64,000 nt of DNA from Eledone cirrhosa (Eukaryota): the NCBI GenBank assembly GCA_964016885.1, contig OZ024750.1, positions 15,376,001 through 15,440,000 of the forward strand, written 5' to 3'. A model generated the notes under the pieces. That model saw only the letters and a program-made list of their open reading frames with translations. It did no database searches and had not been told where the DNA came from. Made by a program: the position numbers and the translations under genes. Of the stretch, positions 54,408-64,000 are shown in pieces. The first letter of the stretch is position 1. Each line of letters opens with the position of its first letter.

Positions 54408-57400
54408 TTTGTTGGGGTATTTTTTTAATTTAATTATTCATATATCCAAAAATTCTGGATGTCTTTCTCTTTTTATAAAAAGTTACTGTACTAGATATAA
54501 ATAGAAAACTTCTTGTTCATGATACGATTTGACCTGAAAAGAAAATATCAGAAAATTAGAATTTAGATTTGTATTACACAGATGAATATTTATCTAATCT
54601 TTGAAATTTTCCTTATTCTCATTTGTGTCATTTTATTTTTAAAAAAGAAAACTGTAAAAGAACAGTTTATATTAGGCAAAATAGATAAGATTATTCAGAC
54701 ATCAAATAGAGAAATTGTGTACTCATTGCAGCTCACTACTGGTGACATGCAATCCAGTATAACTTGTGACATAGTTGGGTCATTGGTGATTAAACTGACA
54801 ATCCCACCAAACCTGCTTGGTGAGGAGGGTTTTCTTTTTAATTCTGTGATGGAAAACAAAACCTGTTCAAGGGCAGAGGAACTCAGGTCAGTCAACAGTA
54901 TTCCATAGAAAATAAAAGAAAAAATACAATCAAAAGCAAAATCATGAGAGAGAAAAACATGCAACTGAAATAAGCAACTATTTTATAAATTACATGTTTA
55001 GTTCTGATGGTATTGAGTCTAACATTATTTCGGTAGATTGGCAGTATCGGTAGAGAGTCAGACGCCATGCTTTCCAGCATAGTTATGTCCCTTTACGGTC
55101 TGAGTTCAAATCCCGCCGAGGTTAACTTTGCCTTTCATCCTTACGGGGTCGATAAAATAAAGTACCAGTAATGTACTGGGTAATTGCTGGCCTTGTGCCA
55201 AAAAGTAGAAACAATTATTTCAATTAAAGTTAGATTTGTGAAAATATTTGTCAATTGAATTAATCTAGAACTTACAATATTTATATCTCAGTTCTTCAGG
55301 TCAAAATAATGTCATTGGTCAAAAGTACTAATGAAATAAAACCTTCTTGACTGAAGGAAATTATAACCAGTTTGATAAATAAAATTAAATGTTAAGATTG
55401 CAATGAATCAGCTGTAATTTGAATGGGAAATTGTGATAAGAATTTGAAAAGCAAAAAGCTAGTTTCAATCAGGAGACAATGAAGTAGGTTATATATTTGT
55501 AAAAAGATTTAAAGTGAGATATTATATTTTTCTTCGTATATCTTGATCACAATGACCTCAATTTTTGTAATATATTTTATTGTTTGTTTGTTTTCTTCCA
55601 CTAAGAGTATACCTATCTATTTGATAATTTTAATATGCAAGGATTTTTTTCAACATGCTGACGCATATATATGTATATGTATATATGTGCACGTGTGTTT
55701 ATGTGCATATGCATAAATTTATATGTATGAGTATATAAGTATAAACATGCAAACACAGACACACTTACAAAAATACACATTCAGATATACATTCACACAA
55801 ACACACATACATACATTCACACAAACACATACACAACATAAATGGAATGCCAGCCACTATTTTGCTATGATTTTTTTCACCATCCCCTTCCTTCTTTTTA
55901 CACACACATACATTCACGCAGGCAGCAGAGTAGAGAGAGAGGAGTAGTATGAGGTAGCCAAACTACTCCTTTCTCTTTACGTGTTGTGACAGAATCGCAG
56001 AAATTTATATATAGACTCTTTCTGAATTAGTTATCAGTTTTGTTTTCCTTTCTCACATTAATATTTTTAAATAATAGCTTTATTATAAAAGTATATTTAC
56101 AACAGAAATTATAAACATCAATGAAATTTAACTATATACAAACATTTATAGTTAGATTTTGATGCATGTTTTACATGAAATTCCTTACATTTCAAACTCC
56201 AATCAGTTATGATAGCTATGTTTCTCTGACTTTCATATCTCACTTCCTCCAAATGATCACTCATCATACCTATGTTCCAATTTCCTTTCTGACTTCCCTT
56301 TACATTGTTTTAATATATATTTTCACCATCCTCTATACTATACTTAACAGTTTTCTGGAAATTATACAGGTTGAGATTTTAAAAAGTATATTTACACCTA
56401 ATCAACATCATAGCCAATGAGAGCTGTCAATCATTTTTTCAAATACTTGTTTGTAATATGTAACTTTTATAATTCCCAGAAAATATTTTAAGTCATCATG
56501 TAGGTGTCACGGCAAAAAGCACCCAGTACACACTGTAAATGTGGTTGGTGTTAGGAAGGACATCCAGCCGTAGAAAACCAGGAGAGTTTCTTGCTGGTTT
56601 TCTACGTCTTTTAAACGCCCACTTTACAGTGTGGGCTGGTTTTCTATGGCTGGATGCCCTTCCTAATGCCAACCACATTTACAGTGTGTGCTGGGTACTT
56701 TTTATCGTGACACCTACATGATCACTTTAAATACAACTCGCCTCTAATTGGGACAAACCGGTCTAACCCATGCTAGCGTGGAAGATAGGTGTTAATCGGC
56801 GATGATGATGATGATAACAGATTTAAATGCTTGCAGGCCTCTAACTAAATTTTAGATCTTAAGATTGATATCTTTATTCAGTTGATTAAGAACAATGTCA
56901 GTTGAATATTACTCTTGCTTAAGTGTTTTACGTTTTCTACACATCTGAAATTTCTGTACATCTCTACAAAAAAAAAAAAATGCAATATTTTAATATTGTG
57001 GCAAAATATCCTTTGCTAAGTGGTCAGTGTTTTTGTGTAAAATTACATGTCACTATAGCCATAGAAAATGTGAAAATTTTGCATAATCAACTTTACCATT
57101 TAGTATTTAAACCGGCCATATCCGGCCAAAATTCTCTCACCTCTCTGTTCAAACCGGCTGTAACCAACAGTTCAAACTTATGTTAAGGTATTATTCTCAA
57201 AATAAATAGTATCAAAATCTCATAGATTCGATATTATGTGAGATAATTATGTGAGGTAAGGAAGGCCTTTACCATGAACATACAATAGTAAATATAGAGT
57301 AATGTAAATGCTAAAGGGTTAAAGTTCAAATATTACTTTTAAATGTGTATAAACAAACCAAGTGTACATATGTTAATTTACCATTTTTAGAAGTTCTAAG

Positions 57401-57519
57401 ATTTCAACTGTTTCAGATATCTGAAGAGAATGTCCTAGTTATAGATAGTACAACTTATATACTATACATTAATATTTCTTTCAGTCTTCTCTTTGAAGAA
57501 TCAGAAAGCAACTGTTAAT

Positions 57520-57950
57520 CATGGGAGCACTGCCAAGAGGTGTGTTCTTGTTTTGTAAACCTTGAAAATGCATATTGCAAGGGAACTGCTATGGAAGGTT
57601 CTGCAGGAGTATGGGATTGATGGTCAGCTTCTTGTTGCTCTGATGTCTCTATATGAATGCCCATGTACTTGTGTTCGGATAAATGGTGCTAAATCAAAAC
57701 CTTTAAATGTAGGAGTTGGACTCCATCAAGGATGCGTACTGTCACCTCTCCTGTTCATAATTTTCATGAACATAATTGACATGTGCAACTGTGTTGTATG
57801 TGGTATCATGACTGGCAGGTGTACGATCAGTCAGCTGGAATTTGCAGACGACATGGTGTTACTTACATGCACTTGATAGGTTTGATGCTGAGTACTGCAT
57901 GGCTGGAATGAAAATCAGTGTTGCAAAGACTAAGATACGCATCATCTCAT
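57520..57950 (+). mobile_element. LINE reverse transcriptase fragment
   Basis: GVGLHQGCVLSPLLFIIFM...QLEFADDMVLL contains RT motifs. Confidence 0.85.
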
Positions 57951-58360
57951 AATTGAGTCATGTTACTGGGTGGTCCTGTTAAAGGCCATGTCTGGCCAGA
58001 TGACCACACTATACCTTGGACATATTGGGACTGTTGTCGTATTTTGGGATCTGGGTGGTCTCATTATGAGGGATGTCTGGCCAGTTGGCTGCGCCATACC
58101 CTGCTCATAGTGGGGCCGTGTTTGGGCTGGGTTTTTACGGCTGCTAGATATATATATTATATATATATATATATAAGTCAACATATAGAGAGAAGAACAC
58201 ATAGAGATATGTGTTCAATCATTGGGGATTAAACACCACCAGAGTGACAAACATATTATCTACGGAAGGAATGGTGAATATAAATCAATAGAAAGAATAT
58301 ATTAAAGTATACTAACCATTCGATTTATAATTGAATGGTTAGTATACTTTAGTATATTCT

Positions 58361-58410
58361 TTCCTGATGATTTGCTCTGAATGAAACAGTTCTAGTCCTG
58401 TAGAAGCCAT
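58361..58410 (+). ncRNA. Hammerhead motif, same family as 28120
   Basis: TTC-CTGATGA-tttgctctgaat-GAAA-CAG ttctagtc CTG-TA^GAAGCCAT, followed by (TA)n. Stem II is weakened. Confidence 0.6.
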
Positions 58411-58439
58411 TTCTATATTATATATATATATATGTATAT

Positions 58440-58810
58440 CCTTGCATACAAAAAGACAATTGTATGATGTCAGTGAGTAAAGTGTGAAACTGCATGATAG
58501 TGAAACATGGTCAGTGACTGCAGAAGATATGCATAGACTGGAGAGAAATGAAGCAACCATGTTTCATTGGATGTGCAATGTAAATGTAAAAGGCAGTGCT
58601 TGGCTGAACTGAGGGAGAAACTAGGAATCCAATCTGGTGTGTAAAATGGTATGGACATATGATGTACATGGATGATGATCACTGGGTGAAGAAGTGTCAA
58701 GCAATTCTAGTGGAGGTAAGCCGCAGTAGAGGTAGACCAAGGAAGACTGGGACAGAGGTGGTGAGAACTGATCTCAAATCGCTGAGACTCACAGAGAAGA
58801 TGCATGGAGT
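58440..58810 (+). mobile_element. RTE-like LINE 3' fragment (relatives at 6103-6410 +, 32880-33340 -, 40570-40850 +)
   Basis: WYGHMMYMDDDHWVKKCQAILVEVSRSRGRPRKT, an RTE C-terminal pattern. Confidence 0.75.
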
Positions 58811-59508
58811 TAAAAAATCTAAAATTGATAAAGCTTGTGGAGATAGGGTAAGACTGGAAGGTGCTGAAGGAAACATATTACAGTATTTAGCTTCATTTCT
58901 ATCAACTCCAAAGTTAAATTTTGTTGAGGTTGATTGGTGTCAGTAATATGCTGGAATTGATTAAATAAATAATGCATAGATTATATTCATCCTAGATGTT
59001 AATCACATGGTAATTAGATAGATTAAAGCCTATTTAGTGATTTGAATATTAATCAACTAAAAAATATTCACTGCAGTAAAAGATACAATAACTAATACAA
59101 TAATTTCCCACCTTACGAACATTCTACTTACTAAGTAGGATGTTCCCGCAGATATGAACAGTCTCATGAAGGAACAAAAAAAATTGTCTCAGTTTAAAAT
59201 TCACGTTTTTGTGGTCTCTTTCAGGCCCTGGGTTCCTTCTTTTGTAGCATAAAGAAAGGCAAAATCGTACCTATGGTCTGGAATGCCATTCTGTTTTCGC
59301 CGAATTGGAAAAGTACTTTTTTTCTTTAACAATTTGTCATTAGCTTTACAGTATTTAAATTCATTATTACATGTTATATATACCTCTATATTACATGTTA
59401 TATATGCCTCTATATACTGTATACAGCAAATATGGGAGACAACTCCAGATGCAATTTTACCTTTTTCGAAACTTCCTTATTGTCATTTTTATATATTGGA
59501 AGGAGGGG

Positions 59509-59542
<34 letters not shown>

Positions 59543-59752
59543 CGATATTGACAAAATAAATTTGCCTTGGATTTCTCATAAGGAACATAATTTCAACGTG
59601 ATTGGGATGTGACATTCTGTAACACATTATTTCTATTTGTTTCAGATTTTCATTCAAGGTACTTTAAATTAAAAACTATAATTATTTGGTTATAATTGCC
59701 AGGCATTCTATTTTTTCATATATTTTTTATGCGCACATACATAGTTTTAAGC

Positions 59753-59919
59753 CAGTGGTTCCCAAAGTGGGTTCCACAAAGGAGTGTCTGGAGTTCTGTG
59801 AAAATGGGTAGAGGAGTGTATATATATTACGACCATATAACAGTATTAAACTTTGGGGTTCCCCAAAAAATTTCTGAACCAAAAATGGTTCCGCGTTTGA
59901 AAAAGTTTGGGAAACCCTG
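59753..59919. mobile_element. hAT-type MITE
   Basis: TIRs CAGTGGTTCCCAAA / TTTGGGAAACCCTG with an 8-bp TSD TTTTAAGC on both sides. Confidence 0.85.
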
Positions 59920-61124
59920 TTTTAAGCTGTTCTTCGTTCCTTCCGAGGTGTGCATTCAATCATATCATAACTACAGCTTAGTGCCCCCACACCCGCGATA
60001 CTAAAATACTAAAATACAGAAAAAAAAGCAAATGAAAACATTAATGAACGGAAGCATACTAAACTAATGTATTTTTCCATCTTCATTTCCAAGCACTTGT
60101 AACATAAACTACAGTGAAGAGCTAATGAAAAAAATGTTTGCTTTTGATTTTGCGTAATAATAATTTAACTTCGAAAACGTGTCACTGTAAAAATTCATAA
60201 ACAAACATGTATATTTGACTAGATATATTTGTGTGTCGAAACTGAAGTAATTACATCGTAGAAGCGTCATTTTTATTTGGAGTCTCTGCACATAAAATTA
60301 AATAAATACTACAAATGTTTAAATAATTTACTAACAAACAGTCGCAGAGGCAGCACTGGACTGTCGTTGCACTTAAAATATAAGATAGCCTATTTACATG
60401 TTAGCAAAATTCAATAACATGAAAAGATATTTACATAGAATCTGGTGAGAAGTTAACTTAGAATTTCCATCGTTGTTTATAATTTGCGTGTTGATGCTGT
60501 CGGTGCAAAAGGAAAAATAACTCTTGTAATAAAACAATCCAGAAAAAACTAAGACTTCGCACGGAACTTTTTATACCATCGCTTTCTTTATTTCACACTT
60601 TATATTTACCTATGAAAGCGTGCTATTTTTGTAATTATTGAAATGCTAATATATTTCTTACTGTATTATACAAGTATATGTGATGTGAATAAATTGTTTG
60701 GTCAATCATACATGAATAACTTCCTGGGCATATGGGAATTGATTTCGAAACCGGAAGCAAAGATTGGAAATAAAGACTGAAATACGAGAATAAACTATTG
60801 TCAAAATTTTTCAAATTAATTTCGTTCGTATGCTATCTATTATTGACCCAAATTACGCTGGGATCAAATTTAAGAAGAACAGGATTAACATGCGCAGACG
60901 TGTTGCAAGTGGTAGCATGGCTGGCAGGTGTAAAATCAGTCCGCTGGAATTTGCAGACGACATGGTGTTACTTAACTCGACAGAAGGTGATCTCGAGAGG
61001 TTTGATACCGAGTGCTGCATGACTGGAATTAAAACCAGTGCTGAGAAAACCTAGATACTCGTCCTCCCAGGGAAGACTGCGCGGTGCACTCTACATGTGG
61101 ATGGAGTTCAAGTGCATGAATTGC

Positions 61125-61349
61125 AGGAGCTAGTGCAATAATTGTTTCTACTTTTTGGCACAAGGCCAGCAATTACCCAGTGCATTACTGGTACTTTATT
61201 TTATCGACCCCGTAAGGATGAAAGGCAAAGTCAACCTCGACGGGATTTGAACTCAGATCGTAAAGGGACGTAACTATGCTGGAAAGCATGGCGTCCGACC
61301 CTCTACCGATACTGCCAATCCACCGCCCTTAAGGAGCTAGTGCAATAAT
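61125..61349 (-). mobile_element. Full-length tRNA-derived SINE with 18-bp TSD; representative of more than 25 dispersed copies (e.g. 5032, 8899, 10980, 12638, 12968, 18150, 22592, 22780, 23124, 28820-29379, 32032-32406, 39624-40027, 52010, 55030, 62687)
   Basis: A box TGGCAGTATCGG, B box GTTCAAATCC, central CTTTCATCCTTACGGGGTCGATAAAATAAAGTACCAG (Meta-domain-like, recalled from memory). TSD AGGAGCTAGTGCAATAAT at 61125-61142 and 61332-61349 interrupts a LINE fragment. Confidence 0.9.
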
Positions 61350-63522
61350 GGACCAGCTTCAGCATTCAGTGATCAGAAGAAGGGAGGTAGGTGTAAAAGC
61401 CAAACTCGCTATCTCCAATTCGGTATTTGTCCGAAATTTACCTTTTCGTTTAAATTTTACATAATTATACGACTCATCAAAATATCCTTTAAGTTATCTC
61501 CCTTAGAAAAATAGTACAATATGAGTTATGTCCCATGCAGTTATTATTAATGTTGTTAATTGGAGAAGATATCTGAACTAAACAGATATATTTTAATCAG
61601 TTTTAACAGGAAATAAAACTAACTTAATAGCATAGTGATTGAATATATGTCATAGGAAAACGACATTCCTCTCTAACCTTCTGCATACAAGATTCATCCA
61701 TATGCAACCTAGACACGACATGTCACATTCGCGTTGACTTCATGAACAAAAACTTCGTGTTCCCCCTCCAACGAAAGTCATGCCTATCTTGTTTCCATCA
61801 ACAGCAAAATCATACAATCATTACTCACACCAAGAAAACATCATATCTTTACTCATATTAAACACGAACAACACTCAACTGGAACATTCACGATGTTTTT
61901 CAAATACTACACCATACCACCAAGGAGGTTCACTCTTGGGTTATCTCGTCTTTCTTCGGCATTCTTTATTTTGTAGAATAACACAAAGCTGCTTATCTAG
62001 AGATATCCAAGACTAGACATCGTTTGTTATGATAGTCATGGGATCTAATATGGTTAAGTTTTGATTTAAAATTTCATAAATGATGTCCTTTTGAGTGTGC
62101 CATAAAAAAGATGCCATGTGCTTTAATATTAACATAAAGATAACTTAGAAGACAAAATAAAATAACATGTTTAAAAATCTGCTTTATTTGTGTAAAATGG
62201 GGTCGATAAAATAAGGTACCAGTAATACACTGGGATCAACTTTCCTCTTCCATTAAAATGTTTGACCTTGTGCCAAATGTATGACCAATATGTATGTATG
62301 CACATATGTGAGTACGTATGTGTGTATGTGTGGGGGTGAGAGAGAAAGATTTTTACAACCCTCGAAGCCAATAAAACATTAGTAAAATCAATGTAAGTCA
62401 ATAACCATACCAACTCGTTTCCAAGGATATGCTGATTGATTTTAGGCGTCATTGTAAAATATTTGCTTCGACAAGAAAAACAAATTGCTGTTAATATTAT
62501 ATATAAGATTTCTCGGAAAACGGCGGAAAGCACAAATACAGTGTATCCTCCGGCATTCGCGGTTCCGACATTCACTGAATTTTCCTTAAAACCTAACTAA
62601 TAATTGTTCGTGGAAACCACCGCATATTCGCGAAATCGTAAATATCTTCTGCGAATTTTTATGGCTTTTTCTTAGTGGCAATATATTGGCAGTATCGGTA
62701 GAGGGTCGAACGCCACGCTTTGCAGCATAGAGTTACGGTCCTCTACGGTCTGAGTTCAAATCCCGCTGAGGTTAACTTTGCCTTACATCCTTACAGGGTC
62801 AATAAAATAAAGCACCAGCAATGCACTGGGGTAATTGCTGTCCTTATGTTCTTCTTTAACTGATCAAAGTGTTTGGATTACGCATGCGTGGACCAGTCAT
62901 AGAAGCCACTCTGACCCATGTTTAGTTGTGGCTACTGTGTTGATGATTAAAGCCTCTTTATTTCTTAAATTTCTCACATTCCTTTCCATCGCTTCTCTGG
63001 TGATCTCAATCTATATATAGAATTCTATAATGAAAGTATTTTGTAATTAATATGCCACACCATCTGATCTGACCTCTTTTTAACGGTTACTGATAATTTA
63101 TTCAGAATGTTCGGAATGTTTTTTGACACGGTCAAAAGCAAGGGATGTTAGGAATTGTTGTGATTTCTTAGCTATAAATATTTTATTGCAGCATTCATGG
63201 AAATGACTATACACATTTAGGACTAAATTGAGGTTCCAAAAGGTCACTGAATTTATTTCTAATCGACTCCTCTACGATCCAAGATCATAAATTCTGAATA
63301 CTGTTTTACCATATATATAGGTGTCAAAACCCATTTCCGCCGATGTACATCCCTCAAAGAAGCACAGTGTGTGTATGTTTGTATGTGTGTGTGCGTGTGT
63401 GCGTGTGTATGTGTGGATAGGAAGAAGGAAAAATAGAGAGAGTAGATAGAATACAATGTAGTTTTGTGGTTGTAAAACCTGACCTATTTACACACATAAT
63501 TGTCCTCCCACACTGCCCCTAG

Positions 63523-63673
<151 letters not shown>

Positions 63674-64000
63674 TATATTTCTTCCTCTCCCTCCCTTCCT
63701 CTCTCATCCAAACAGTCACGATTTTTTTTTCAATGATAAATGCAAATGCTTCTTTCCTTTTTACGATTTAAATCTGTAAAACCGAAATGTTTAATAATTA
63801 TATTAATTTAGCCATTAATTTAACCATTACTTAAAAAAAAAACAAAAAAAACAATTCTACTCCAATCTTTATTACAATACAGTAGTTTGTATTTACTTTC
63901 TACAACACCTAGGAAAAATTTGAACTCAGCGTCCCAAAATAATGAAACACTTCATTTATACAACGACCGAATTGTATTATTGACCGAGACGTAGAAGTGT

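Noticed and set aside
59113-59350. Possible first HLCS exon or short ORF with a GTAAGT donor near 59131
   Set aside because: Plausible, but with no homology or transcript evidence it cannot be supported from sequence alone.

Overview
AT-rich, microsatellite-dense animal genomic DNA. The tRNA-derived SINE families and (TA)n/(CA)n load point to an octopod cephalopod (inference). One host gene is reconstructable: a minus-strand holocarboxylase synthetase / biotin-protein ligase (HLCS) with 8 coding exons (54407..17025, 600 aa). All its introns are GT-AG and phase-consistent, but it has KWSND in place of the usual KWPND motif. The rest is transposon-derived: tRNA-SINEs, RTE/CRE LINE fragments, mariner and piggyBac remnants, MITEs and Penelope-like element (PLE) fragments. 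The main signal is a set of type I hammerhead ribozyme (HHR) motifs. The best is a 5 x 310-bp perfect tandem array in HLCS intron 2, each unit carrying an intact minimal HHR (retrozyme-like, predicted 310-nt self-cleaving and possibly circular RNA), next to a PLE GIY-YIG fragment. Several other HHR families occur with fold-back palindromes and (TA)n ends. Most ORFs in the supplied track are microsatellite artefacts. All homologies were judged by eye, with no database searches.
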